Shown here one piece after another: positions 29,043 through 41,440 of a stretch of DNA of 64,000 bases. Origin of the DNA: an uncultured Pseudomonadota bacterium (GTDB lineage: Bacteria > Myxococcota_A > Polyangia > Fen-1088); assembly GCA_963737345.1 (NCBI GenBank), contig CAVTSM010000003.1:2099171-2163170 (forward strand), in the 5' to 3' direction. The position numbers and the translations under genes were made by a program. The notes under the pieces were generated by a model. That model ran no database searches, was not told the DNA's origin, and saw only the letters and a list, made by a program, of their open reading frames with translations. How positions within the stretch are numbered: the first letter of the stretch is position 1; the number at the start of each line of letters is the position of its first letter.

Positions 29043-30356
29043 TCACCTCCACAGCGGAAAAATCAACCGCCGGTGGGCGGCCGCCAGCGAGATGGGGAGC
29101 TCGGCCCAGACTGGGGCGAAGTAAACGAAGGCGACGAACACCAGCCCGACGAAGGCCAGGACCTGCCTGGGATGGGTCCGATCCAGCCGCGCCAGGGCGC
29201 CAGCCAGCAGCAGGATCGCGAAGCCCCAGGACGCCAGATAGTGGTACCAGTAGGTGACGATTCGCCTGCTGAACCAGAGAAGGTTCATCGAGATCCAGCC
29301 GACCGCCAGAACAGCCACCGCCCGCGTGAAGGTCGTATCGAAGAGGCGCTGCCACCGCTCGCGCCAGCGTGCGCTGAACGCCGCCGCCGCGCCTGCCACG
29401 AGGAGGCCCAGCAGACAGAGATCGGCGCCGATCCACAGCACGGGGTTCCCGAGGGTGGATGCCATCCGGATCCGGCCGGCCTGGGTCGCGCTCTTGACGA
29501 CCAGCGGGTGGTAGAGAACCAGCCACGAATACCAGGGAGACTCGATCGGGTTGGCACCGTGCGCGAAACCGAGGTGCAGGTGCGCGCGATGCTGCATCAC
29601 GTGCCAGACCGCCAGCGGGCTGTACGCCTGCCCTGACATGGCCAGGCCGATCATCCAGACGCCCAGGTGAACCACGGGCACCAGCGCAAAGGCAGCCAGC
29701 GTGTACCAAGGGACCCGCCGCAGCATCAAGATCGCGAAGCAGGACGGCAGCACGACCTGCATCCCGCTCCACTTCACCGATCCGGACAGGCCCGCCAGCA
29801 GGGCGCTGACCAGGACCCCGCCCCACCCGCGCGCCGTCACGGCCGCGAGAATGCTCCACAGCGCGAGGCAGGTCAGAAACCCCTCCGAGAACGCCAGCCG
29901 CGCGTACGAAAGGTAGAATCCGTCGGCCGCCATGAACGCCGCGGCCAGCCAGCCGGCGCGGCGATCTTCGAACAAGTCCCGGCCGATCAGGAATGCCAGC
30001 ACCACGCTCTGGATCCCGAAACAGACCACCGTGAACCGCCAACCCATCGGGTTGTTCCCAAACACCAGCATGCCGATGCCGATCAGAAGCTTGGCCAACG
30101 GCGGGTGGCAGCACTCCGCGTCAGGGTCGAGGCCGATCAGGAACTGTTGCGCCGCGCCGACGAACTGATCCTCGTCGAAGCAGTAGTGCAGCGGGTAGCC
30201 CACGTTCTGAACGCGCAGCACCACCCCGGCGGCGATCATCAGCACCAGCAGGACACCGGTGGCCGGATGCGACATTCGGGGGCCGTGCGAAGCGACCGCC
30301 TTCCACAGCGACGCAAGCGAGCGGCCGCCGGCCGCGGGCGGGGGACCGGCGGTCAT
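29043..30356 (-). CDS. GT39/PMT_2-family (ArnT/protein O-mannosyltransferase-like) polyprenyl-phosphate-sugar-dependent glycosyltransferase
   Basis: YCFDEDQFVGAAQQF...CCHPPLAKLLIGIGMLVFG carries the DE...HPPL(A/G)K hallmark; polytopic membrane protein. Start ATG 30356 in an ATGA overlap with the upstream stop. Confidence 0.75.
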   Translation of the reverse strand: MTAGPPPAAGGRSLASLWKAVASHGPRMSHPATGVLLVLMIAAGVVLRVQNVGYPLHYCFDEDQFVGAAQQFLIGLDPDAECCHPPLAKLLIGIGMLVFGNNPMGWRFTVVCFGIQSVVLAFLIGRDLFEDRRAGWLAAAFMAADGFYLSYARLAFSEGFLTCLALWSILAAVTARGWGGVLVSALLAGLSGSVKWSGMQVVLPSCFAILMLRRVPWYTLAAFALVPVVHLGVWMIGLAMSGQAYSPLAVWHVMQHRAHLHLGFAHGANPIESPWYSWLVLYHPLVVKSATQAGRIRMASTLGNPVLWIGADLCLLGLLVAGAAAAFSARWRERWQRLFDTTFTRAVAVLAVGWISMNLLWFSRRIVTYWYHYLASWGFAILLLAGALARLDRTHPRQVLAFVGLVFVAFVYFAPVWAELPISLAAAHRRLIFPLWR

Positions 30357-30916
30357 CGCGGCAGCACGCAATTCGTCAACGATCCGACCGTGACCGTCTT
30401 GCCGGTCGGAGCAAATGGGGCGGCCGGGGAGAAGCGGATCGAAGCGGAGCCCACCACCCCTTGGATGTGGTAGTTGCAAACCACCGTGAACCGCGTGGCC
30501 GGCAGCGCCGCCTTGAGCTCGGGCGACGTCCACAATCCGGCGCCGAGCAGCAGCTCGTTCCCGACGGTGTTGAACGGTTGCAGGGTGTGCGGATCATCGG
30601 CTGACAGGGGTTCGACCGGGCGAAAATCACGCCCGAAGCCACAGCGAAGCCCGTCGATCACCCGGTCGGAGGCGCAGGCGAGGTTTTGCTTGTCCTCGCG
30701 CACGACGGTGACTTCGACGGACACGACGTCGCCCACGTGCCACGCCCGTGTGACCTGCGCGTACCCCTCGCGGTAGCGCTTGCCCGCGGAGACCAGCCAG
30801 ACCCCGAAAGCGATCAGGCAAAAACACAGCAATGAAAAGACCAGGGTGTTCAGCCGCCCCGGAGCCGGCCGCGCGTCGGATGGAATCTCACGCCCCGGAT
30901 CCTGGTCGGAAGACAT
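30353..30916 (-). CDS. Hypothetical membrane-anchored protein
   Basis: One N-terminal TM helix (LNTLVFSLLCFCLIAFGVWLV); 187 aa. Confidence 0.5.
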   Translation of the reverse strand: MSSDQDPGREIPSDARPAPGRLNTLVFSLLCFCLIAFGVWLVSAGKRYREGYAQVTRAWHVGDVVSVEVTVVREDKQNLACASDRVIDGLRCGFGRDFRPVEPLSADDPHTLQPFNTVGNELLLGAGLWTSPELKAALPATRFTVVCNYHIQGVVGSASIRFSPAAPFAPTGKTVTVGSLTNCVLPR

Positions 30917-30942
30917 GATTGCTGGACGCTTTCAGCCGGCCG

Positions 30943-32432
30943 TCAGACGAACTTGATCTTGCGCGCCGCCACCGCCGACATCCGCAGCAAGAGCCACCCG
31001 TGCTTCCAGCGCGAGATGTTGGTCTCGCCGTAGGTGCGATCCCGGTAGCGCACCGGGATCTCGGCGATCTTCAAATTCAGCCGCGCGGCCCCGAAGATGA
31101 GGTCGAAATCGCCGAACGGGTCGAAGTCGCCGAAATAGCTGCGGGCCGCTGCGATGCGCTCGTAATCCTTGCGCCACAGCACCTTGGTCCCGCACAGGGT
31201 GTCCTTGATGGGCTGCTGCAAGAGATAGGTGAACAGCTCCGAGAAGGCGACGTTCCCCAGCTTGTTGAAAAAGCGCATCGCGCCCGGCTCCATCGGGTAG
31301 ACCAGCCGCGTCCCCTGGACATAGTCGGCGTGGCCGCCGGCCAGCACGTCGTAGAAGGACGGCAGGTCCTCGGGCGGGACCGTCAGGTCGGCGTCCAGGA
31401 TCATCAACACGTCGCCGGTCGCGTGCGCGAATCCCAGCCGGACGGCGTCCCCCTTGCCCTTGCCGGTCTGCTGGAAAGCACGCAGCTTCAGCGGCCCGTC
31501 GTAGGTGGCCACCGTCCGCTGGATGGCGGCCCAGGTGTCGTCGGTCGAATGTCCCTCCACGAAGATGAGCTCGGTCGACGTCCCCATGACCGGCGTGCGC
31601 GCGGCAGCCGCGGCGACGTTGCCGGCTTCGTTGCGGGTCGGAACGACGACGCTCACGCTGGCCTTGCGAACCGGCGCGCTCACGCCCCGATCGCGCAGCA
31701 CGTAGATGCGGTAGAGCGAGGCCGTGCTCATCGCGGGCGCGCGCACCAGGTAGCGGTTCAGGGCCGGCCCGACGCCCGGCACCTCGATCGGCAGCAAGAG
31801 GCGATCCTCGAAGCGCACCACCTCGAGGCCGGTGATGTCGTAGAGATTCCGAAAGTCGGCGTCCGACAGCCAGTTCGCCTGCGGAGCCGGGCGCTTCAAT
31901 CCCGCCATCTCTGCCAGCCGCACCGGCACTTCCCACAGGTAGTTGAAGGCGGTCAGGTAGATGCGGCCCCCGGGCTCGAGCCGCTTCTTCAGCCCCAAGA
32001 GCAGTGCCTTGACGTCGAGGACGCTGTGGCACAAGCGATCGCAGACCACGGCATCGGCGCGCGCGGCGACGTCGGCGGGAGGCGCGATCGCGTCCTCGAC
32101 GTCGAAGGTGATCTCCGGATGTTGGGCGCGCGCCTGTGCGACGACCTCGGGCAGATAGTCGAGGCCGCGGCGGCGCGCGTTCGGCAGCGCGGCCAGCAGA
32201 TCGCCACCGCCGCAGCCGACCTCCAGGACCGATGCGTCAGCCGGAATCAGCCTCGCCAGCGCCTCTTGCAAATCGCGGTGAAGGAAATCGCGAGCCGTCG
32301 GGTGGCGCGGCGGCTCGGCCGCGCGCCGGTAGTATTCACGCCAGGTCGCCTCGAGCTGAGCGGCCCGCGACGGCGCCTGGTCGGCAGCAAAGGGATCGAC
32401 GGGCGGTCCCGGCGCAGTCGTCGTCGCGGTCA

Positions 32433-32433
<1 letters not shown>
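30943..32433 (-). CDS. Fusion: class I SAM methyltransferase (N) :: GT2 Dpm1/polyprenyl-phosphate-sugar synthase-like glycosyltransferase (C)
   Basis: Start ATG 32433 (MTATTTAPGPP) in a TGATG overlap with the kinase stop. LEVGCGGGDL motif I. C-terminal half VSVVVPTRNEAGNV...MILDADLTVPPEDLPSFYD...LCGTKVLWR (GT2 DxD). The track ORF extends 220 codons into an R-rich artefact. Confidence 0.75.
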
Positions 32434-35162
<2,729 letters not shown>

Positions 35163-35174
35163 ATTACTGAGAAT

Positions 35175-35924
35175 TCAGACATTGGCAGCGAATTTTGGTC
35201 CGTTCGCGGTCGCTTTTTTCGTCCGCTCGCTTTCCAGAAAAGCCAGGGTCGCGCCAGCAGCCACGAACGGTGGGGCCACGAAGATCGCAAACGGGATCAG
35301 GTACAGCACCGTGGCCCCAATGCCAAATCCCAGCGTCTGCGCGGGGTGCACCGCCAGATAGGCCCACTTCGCGCCGAACGTGGCGCCCCGCCGCGACAAG
35401 GGGTAATCGAACCCGTCGTATGCCAGGAAGATCGTCCCGATCCCGAGGCCGATCGCCGTGCCGACGAGCGGGCTCAAGAAGCCAGAAACGACGGCGCCGA
35501 CGAATACAGCGACGCCATAAAGCGCGACTTTCAGAATTCCGTGGGCCAGAGCTCGCGCGATCGACGGCATCAGCCGCGTCGAAGGTGTCACGCCCCCGGT
35601 GTCCTTTTCCACCCGCTCCGATAGCAGGTCCGAAAAGACCGCCACCAGGAGCGGCTGAAGCACGATGAACACGAGAGCCGCCCCGACGGACGTCAGAACG
35701 ATGAGCACCAGCCAGGCCACGACCGGTTGGCTGCCCATCAGCGATACGAGCCAGCTCTCGTGTCGGAGCCAGCGGCCGACGGCGTAGATCGCGGCCCCGC
35801 CCAGCGCCACGTCCAGCAGCAACGGCGCGACCAGATAGGCCCACAGCCGGTGGCGTGCAATGAACACACCCCCGCGAAACGGCGCGACAAATCCCCGAAA
35901 CAGACCCACCCGAGGAGTGTACAC
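35175..35924 (-). CDS. EI24/CysZ-family membrane protein
   Basis: Four-plus TM helices with an EI24-like pattern. GTG start. Confidence 0.55.
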   Translation of the reverse strand: MYTPRVGLFRGFVAPFRGGVFIARHRLWAYLVAPLLLDVALGGAAIYAVGRWLRHESWLVSLMGSQPVVAWLVLIVLTSVGAALVFIVLQPLLVAVFSDLLSERVEKDTGGVTPSTRLMPSIARALAHGILKVALYGVAVFVGAVVSGFLSPLVGTAIGLGIGTIFLAYDGFDYPLSRRGATFGAKWAYLAVHPAQTLGFGIGATVLYLIPFAIFVAPPFVAAGATLAFLESERTKKATANGPKFAANV

Positions 35925-35993
35925 CGATCACCCGCGAGACCCCGGCAACGCAACCTTCCGACGCCCTATCCGATACCCCATCAGGAGGGTCCC

Positions 35994-36407
35994 ATGCCGA
36001 ACGCCGTCATCCCAATTCCCGCAGGTCAACCGGTCGATTCTCAGCTCCAGATCGCCGCCACCCGCGCCCGCCAGACAGAGCGTCCACCCAAACCGTTTCA
36101 CGACGTCCTGGCGGGTGGCGTCTCCCTGCTGTTGAGCGGGGCCGAGGTCGCCACCCATGTCGTGGCCGGTCCGGTGATGGCGGCGGCGGTTCACGACGCG
36201 CGCGTGGGGGCGACGGCGGCGCTGGGCGCGCCCGGAAATCCGGGCGACCTCCAGTCGCTCCTCGACGGCGGGCAGTCCTCGAACCTGCAGTTGCTCGCGC
36301 TGCAGCAGCAGATCCAGAACGACAGCCAGCAGTTCTCGACGGTGTCAAACGTCATGCGGGCCAGGTACGACACCGCCAAGGCAGCCGTGTCCAACATCCG
36401 GGCATGA
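35994..36407 (+). CDS. Hypothetical small protein with T3SS needle/inner-rod (SctF/SctI)-like C-terminus
   Basis: RBS caggaggg then ATG 35994. 137 aa. C-terminus LLALQQQIQNDSQQFSTVSNVMRARYDTAKAAVSNIRA resembles the PrgI/MxiH/YscF-PrgJ C-terminal helices (...NTVKVFKDIDAAIIQNFR). Confidence 0.4.
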   Translation: MPNAVIPIPAGQPVDSQLQIAATRARQTERPPKPFHDVLAGGVSLLLSGAEVATHVVAGPVMAAAVHDARVGATAALGAPGNPGDLQSLLDGGQSSNLQLLALQQQIQNDSQQFSTVSNVMRARYDTAKAAVSNIRA

Positions 36408-36428
36408 CTGTGCTAAGGTCGCGCGCGC

Positions 36429-36809
36429 GTGGCAGGTAAGATCACGGGCCCAGGAAACGGGGGCCCACCCGGCAGCGTCCCGGTCGGCGGTTCCGAGAAC
36501 AGCGGTCCGATCGCCGAGGGGCAGGCGCCGTTCGCCGACCGGCTCGAGCCGGCCGAAGCCGTTGGTGCGTCGCCGGCCAGTGGCGCGCCGCCCGCGATCG
36601 CCGCTTCGGGCGTCGCCGATCTGGCGGCCGCGCTGAAGGCCGGAACGCTCACGCCTCAGGCGGCGGTCGACCGGGTGATCGATCGCATCGTCGACAAGCA
36701 CCTTGGCGCGCACGCGCCCGTCGGCTCCCGCGAAAAGCTGCGGGCCGCTCTCGAAGCCGCGCTCGCCGACGATCCACTGCTCGCCGAAAAAATCCGCAGC
36801 CTGGCCTAG
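36429..36809 (+). CDS. Hypothetical protein (Gly/Pro-rich N-terminus, helical C-terminus)
   Basis: GTG start 22 nt after the previous stop. No family. Confidence 0.3.
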   Translation: MAGKITGPGNGGPPGSVPVGGSENSGPIAEGQAPFADRLEPAEAVGASPASGAPPAIAASGVADLAAALKAGTLTPQAAVDRVIDRIVDKHLGAHAPVGSREKLRAALEAALADDPLLAEKIRSLA

Positions 36810-36941
36810 TCGGAATGCCGTCCGGTCAACGCCAGGACGCGAGGACGCCAGGAGCTCCGGATCCGGATCTTCTGATGGGTCTTCCTGATCTTTTGGCGTC
36901 CCTGGCGTCCTGGCGCTCGACTGAACAGAATTGGGTCGGGC

Positions 36942-37238
36942 TCACGACGCGGGAACGACGTCCGTTGCCGGCCGCGTGGCACGGGCGGCGGCCAGGGCTT
37001 CGCGAACCTCGGGCGGCAAGAAGATCCCATCCGTGTCCAGCTGGGCCAGGGCGCTGGTCAGCGTCGCGGCGCGCTCGGCCGGCGGAACCTTGCGGTCGAT
37101 GATGACCCACCACTGCCCTTTGACCTTGCACAGGCCGCCCGCCCCGGAAACTTCGCCGGTCATGGTCTCGTAGCGCACCTGGACGCCGAGTTGCGTGGCG
37201 GCCTGTTCAAGCGCTTCGGTCATTTTTTCGGGCTTCAT
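36942..37238 (-). CDS. Hypothetical small protein
   Basis: 98 aa. ATG overlaps the stop of the upstream GAF-PAS gene (ATGA), which implies co-translation. Confidence 0.45.
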   Translation of the reverse strand: MKPEKMTEALEQAATQLGVQVRYETMTGEVSGAGGLCKVKGQWWVIIDRKVPPAERAATLTSALAQLDTDGIFLPPEVREALAAARATRPATDVVPAS

Positions 37239-38959
37239 GCGTCCTCTTTTTTACCCGTTTCCGGAGGTGCGGAATAGTTTTCCTGTGCGGCGCGATCCAG
37301 GTCGATGATCTGCGCGCCGCCCACGTAGCTCTTGGTTTCGTAACGCGTCAAGCTCCCCAGCTTGCGGACGATGGCCGCCATGCGGTCGGCCTCTTCCAGA
37401 ATCGTCCGCACCATGGGCAGGTGCGCGTCGTCGGGACCGAGCTTGCGGATCAGCACTTGCGCGTAGCCCATGACCGAGGTCAGCGGCTGATTCAGCTCAT
37501 GCGCGGCGGCACCGGCCAGCTCGACGGCCACCGCCTGCTTTTGCGAGATGGCCAGCTTCTCTTGCGCCGACGCCAGCCGCTCTTCCATCCGGATCCGGTC
37601 CCGCAGGTCCGAAAAGACGCCCACGGTCGCGATCTCCCGACCGTCGTCGTCCAGCACCAGCGCCGCCGAGATGGACACCGGGACCCGCTCGCCGCCCGCC
37701 GACAGCAGCTCGCGCCGCACCGGCTCCAGCCGGCCTCCGCCGCCGTGCTCGGCCGACCGGATGAGGTGCATGACCTCGCGGCCCACGCCCGGCGGGTAGA
37801 GCCGTTTGACCGAAATCTTCCCGATGACGTCCACCGCCTTATAGCCGCAGATCCGCTCGGCGCCCTGGTTGAAGAGGACGATCGTGCCGCGCATGTTGGC
37901 GGCGATGATCCCGTCGACAGCCGAGTTGAGGATGCGGTTCAGAAACTCGCTCGTCCGCCGCAACTCGCGCTCTAGCTCACGCGCCAGCGTCACGTCACGG
38001 AACGAGAAAATCGCGGCCTCGTGCTCGCTCAAAACGGCGATCGACGCAACCGACACGGCAATGCGATCGCCCGACGTGGTGACCAGCTCGAGATCGAAGT
38101 TTTCCACCGGTTCGGCCGCGATGGCCCTCTCGATCCGCGCGGCCAGCCCCGGTCGGAACGCTTCGGGCACGATCTGGGCGATGGGTTTCCCCCCCAGGCC
38201 GTCGCGCGCGTAACCGGTCATCTCTTCGGCGGCGCGGTTCATGTAGAGGACTTGGCCCGCGCCATCCAGCACGAAAATTCCGTCGGACGCGCTGTCGATG
38301 AAGGCGCGGTAGCGCTCGATCGCGCGAATTCGCCCCTCCTCGCGCACCTCGGACTGCGTGACACGACGGGTCCGTCCGCGCAGCGGATCCAGCGCTTTGG
38401 CGCCGCGGATGACGATCCCGAGCATCGATCCCGCGACACGCGCCGCGGCCAGCGCGCCCTGCGCAGCCTCGTCGCCGCGGAACCGCGCCACCAGCATGCC
38501 TGCCGGGCGACCGCCGACCAAGACGGGGACCGTCGCGGTCGTCTGTCCGGCGGCATCGGGTCCCACCGAGACGGCGCTCTCGTCGACCGCGCGGCGCAAG
38601 TTCGGGTGCTGGTCCAATGACCAACGCACGCCGGCCGAGACGGGCGAAGGGTCGTCCCCCCCGCTGTCGGCCACCAGGTACGCAGCGTCCGGATCCGTCA
38701 GCAGCGCGAACAGGCTGACGGACGTCGCGCCAAGAGCCCGCGCCACGTGCTCGACGGCCGCGTGGAGCTGACTTTCGCCCGTTCCGACGGCCAGCACCTG
38801 CGCCGCTTGCGCCAAACTGTCGAGCGCATCCGCCTCGAGGGCGCCGTTCACGGTCGCCGGCTCCGACGCGGGCGCGGCAACAACACGCGGGCGGCGGCGG
38901 CGGCGGCGCTCAGGACCTCCCGCACGGGGACGCCGGTCTGCGCGCCCAGCCGACGGCAA
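37235..38959 (-). CDS. GAF-PAS-PAS sensor protein with HisKA-like DHp domain but no HATPase_c domain
   Basis: PAS motifs (IFVLDGAGQVLYMNRAAEEMTGY; IIAANMRGTIVLFNQGAERICGY). DHp H-box AAAHELNQPLTSVMGYAQVL. Ends about 60 aa after the H-box. N-terminal 35 codons are R-rich and overlap larC, so the true start is probably downstream (~38860). Confidence 0.65.
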   Translation of the reverse strand: MPSAGRADRRPRAGGPERRRRRRPRVVAAPASEPATVNGALEADALDSLAQAAQVLAVGTGESQLHAAVEHVARALGATSVSLFALLTDPDAAYLVADSGGDDPSPVSAGVRWSLDQHPNLRRAVDESAVSVGPDAAGQTTATVPVLVGGRPAGMLVARFRGDEAAQGALAAARVAGSMLGIVIRGAKALDPLRGRTRRVTQSEVREEGRIRAIERYRAFIDSASDGIFVLDGAGQVLYMNRAAEEMTGYARDGLGGKPIAQIVPEAFRPGLAARIERAIAAEPVENFDLELVTTSGDRIAVSVASIAVLSEHEAAIFSFRDVTLARELERELRRTSEFLNRILNSAVDGIIAANMRGTIVLFNQGAERICGYKAVDVIGKISVKRLYPPGVGREVMHLIRSAEHGGGGRLEPVRRELLSAGGERVPVSISAALVLDDDGREIATVGVFSDLRDRIRMEERLASAQEKLAISQKQAVAVELAGAAAHELNQPLTSVMGYAQVLIRKLGPDDAHLPMVRTILEEADRMAAIVRKLGSLTRYETKSYVGGAQIIDLDRAAQENYSAPPETGKKEDA

Positions 38960-40176
38960 TCTTCGAACTCGGGCTGGGCGCCCAGGATCTGGCCGTCCAG
39001 CGCCGCGACCTTGACGCGGACGGGGCCGTAGGACGTCTGGACCTTCGCAAACGACCGGGCCAGCACGACCCGGTCGAGCGCGCGCCGGCGCAACCCCAGC
39101 GTGGTCGACGCCGTGAAGAAAGCCCGCTCGACCGCCGCGCCAGTGGCCGCCGGCGCCAGCGCCGAGACCTGCAACGCCGGACGCCCCTTCTTCATGATGA
39201 TGGGCGTCGACCAGACGTCCACCGCGCCAGCCTCGAAGAGCGCGTCGAACAACGGACCGACCAGCTGGGGGTTCATGTCGTCGAGGTTGGCTTCGATCAA
39301 GACGACGTCCGTGGCCGCCGCGACGTCCGGCTCCCCGACGAGCTCGCCCAGGCTCACCCGAAGGACATTGGCGCGATCGGGCAGCTCGCGCGTGCCCGCG
39401 CCGTACCCGACCGCCCGCAGGCGCATTGGCGGCAACGGGCCGAAGCGATCGACGACCGCCGCCAAAATCGCAGCGCCCGTCGGGGTCGTCAGCTCGCCCT
39501 GTCCTTCGGGCACGATTGGCACACCTGTCAGCAGGGCGGCCGTCGCGGGCGCCGGCACCGGCACCGGCCCGTGGGCAGTGCGCACGACGCCCGTGCCCAC
39601 GACCGGCGGCAGCGATCCGATCGACGCCGGCGCCAGGTGAGCGATGGCCGCCGCGACGCCGACCACGTCGGCGATCGAATCGTAGGCGCCGACCTCGTGG
39701 AACGTGACCTGCCCGATCTTTCTGCCGTGCAGGGCGGCCTCGACCTCGGCGATGCGCAGGAAAATGTCTCCCGCCAGCGCCCGGACGTCGGCGTCGAGCC
39801 GGGCGCGCGCGAGCAGCCGCTTGATCTCGGCGTAGTCGCGATGGTCGTGGGCGTGGGCATGTTCGTGACCGTGGCCCTGTGCGTGTTCGTGGCCGTGGCC
39901 CTGTGCGTGTTCGTGGCCGTGTTCGGTGGCGCCGTGGTCCGGGGCGGGCCGGCGGGTCTGGCGGCGCTTGGGTTTCCCCGGCCAGCTCACATCGAAGCTG
40001 CGACCCACGTAGGCGCCGCGCGTGCGCCGGCCGAAGACGGCGCGCAAGCCGCGGACGCCCATCGCGGCGATCGCCCGCTGGACCACGGCCGCCGGCACAC
40101 CCGCGTCGACCAACGCCGCGACGGCCATGTCGCCGGCGATCCCGGACGTGGGCTCGAAGTGCAGATGCACGCTCAC
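38848..40176 (-). CDS. larC: LarC (nickel-pincer cofactor Ni insertase, DUF111 family) with His-rich insert
   Basis: GTG start in a GTGA overlap with the larB stop. MSVHLHFEPTSGIAGDM...His-rich HGHEHAQGHGHEHAQGHGHEHAHAHDH...GTLGGGNHFIEV-like core. Identified from memory of the LarC family. Confidence 0.75.
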   Translation of the reverse strand: MSVHLHFEPTSGIAGDMAVAALVDAGVPAAVVQRAIAAMGVRGLRAVFGRRTRGAYVGRSFDVSWPGKPKRRQTRRPAPDHGATEHGHEHAQGHGHEHAQGHGHEHAHAHDHRDYAEIKRLLARARLDADVRALAGDIFLRIAEVEAALHGRKIGQVTFHEVGAYDSIADVVGVAAAIAHLAPASIGSLPPVVGTGVVRTAHGPVPVPAPATAALLTGVPIVPEGQGELTTPTGAAILAAVVDRFGPLPPMRLRAVGYGAGTRELPDRANVLRVSLGELVGEPDVAAATDVVLIEANLDDMNPQLVGPLFDALFEAGAVDVWSTPIIMKKGRPALQVSALAPAATGAAVERAFFTASTTLGLRRRALDRVVLARSFAKVQTSYGPVRVKVAALDGQILGAQPEFEDCRRLGAQTGVPVREVLSAAAAAARVLLPRPRRSRRP

Positions 40177-40928
40177 TCTCGGATACGATTCAGCATAGCC
40201 GCCATGCGGCCCGCGCCGAAGCCGTTATCGATGTTCATCACGGCCACACCCGACGCGCACGAGTTCAGCATGCCCAGCAGCGCAGCGATGCCGCCCAGAC
40301 TGGCCCCGTACCCGACGCTGGTCGGTACGGCGATCACTGGGCGCGCGAACAGCCCGCCGACCACGCTGGGCAAAGCCCCTTCCATACCGGCGACCACGAT
40401 GACGATCTCGGCGGCGGCGACCGTCTCGCGGTGCGCGAGCAGCCGATGCAGGCCCGCCACACCCACGTCGTAGATGCGCGCGACGCGGTTGCCGGACAGC
40501 TCGGCGGTGACGGCAGCCTCCTCTGCGACGGGAACGTCCGACGTGCCGGCGCTGATGACCGCGATGACTCCCCGTCCTTTGTCGGCCGGTGGGTTCTCGC
40601 CCACGACGACGATTCGTGGCAGCGCCAGATACCGCGCGCCGGGGACGTCGGCGACGACGACCGCTGCCGCCTCCGGCGAGACGCGGGTGGCGAACACCGC
40701 CGCGCCGCCGGCAGCCAATTCCTTGAGGATCGCCGCGATTTGCTCGGGGGCCTTACCGGTCCCTAGCACCACCTCGGGAAAGCCCGTGCGCAGGTGCCGG
40801 TGGGTGTCGACGTGCGCGAAATCGAGCGCCCGGAACGGCAGGTCGCGCAGCGCCGCCATCGTGTCGTCGACGGTGGCGCGCCCGGCCTGCACGTCTTCCA
40901 GCAGCACCCGCAGCCGTTGAGGATCCAT
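40173..40928 (-). CDS. larB: LarB (PurE-like nickel-pincer cofactor carboxylase/hydrolase)
   Basis: ...IAVISAGTSDVPVAEEAAVTAELSGNRVARIYDVGVAGLHRLL...VVAGMEGALPSVVGGL...VPTSVGYG; a PurE-fold C-terminal half with a LarB-type N-terminal extension. Confidence 0.75.
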   Translation of the reverse strand: MDPQRLRVLLEDVQAGRATVDDTMAALRDLPFRALDFAHVDTHRHLRTGFPEVVLGTGKAPEQIAAILKELAAGGAAVFATRVSPEAAAVVVADVPGARYLALPRIVVVGENPPADKGRGVIAVISAGTSDVPVAEEAAVTAELSGNRVARIYDVGVAGLHRLLAHRETVAAAEIVIVVAGMEGALPSVVGGLFARPVIAVPTSVGYGASLGGIAALLGMLNSCASGVAVMNIDNGFGAGRMAAMLNRIRE

Positions 40929-40952
40929 GCGGACCCCCACCTTACCACTACG

Positions 40953-41348
40953 TCAGGGAGCGGGGGCGGAGTCGCCGCCGCCGGACGCCAGCACGGCGCG
41001 CACTTCGCCGACGAAGGCATCCACCGAGAACGGTTTGCGCACGAAACCCTGCGCCCGCGCCGGGCGGGGCGTCGCCATCGCGCTCAGCACGATGACGGGC
41101 ACGCCAGCCAGCCGGGATTCGGCGGTCATTCGCGCCAGGACCTCCCACCCGGACACCATCGGCATCAGCAGGTCGAGGATCACCAGGTCGGCGCCCGGCG
41201 GGTCGTTCAGCGTGAGAAAATCGATCGCCTGCTTACCATTGGAGGCCGGCACCACGTCGAACCCTTCGTCCTCCAATATGTCTTGCAGCGAGTCCCGAAC
41301 GTCCGGATCGTCCTCGACCAGCAAGATGGTCCGCCCCGCCCCACTCAT
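40953..41348 (-). CDS. Single-domain response regulator receiver
   Basis: ILLVEDDPDVRDSL...DLVILDLLMP...GVPVIVLSA. Confidence 0.7.
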   Translation of the reverse strand: MSGAGRTILLVEDDPDVRDSLQDILEDEGFDVVPASNGKQAIDFLTLNDPPGADLVILDLLMPMVSGWEVLARMTAESRLAGVPVIVLSAMATPRPARAQGFVRKPFSVDAFVGEVRAVLASGGGDSAPAP

Positions 41349-41440
41349 CCCGCGCACCGCATGTCCTGAAAGTCTGGCGGGCGGTTCTGCCGTCATCAAG
41401 CGAAACGCGTGGTAATTTGGTCCGGCCGGGTCGCCCGCTG

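Noticed and set aside
30932-32032. 366-aa minus ORF and 512-aa plus ORF (30919-32457) over the MTase::GT2 gene
   Set aside because: Out-of-frame or antisense R-rich artefacts. The 30943-32433 frame contains MTase motif I and the GT2 DxD.
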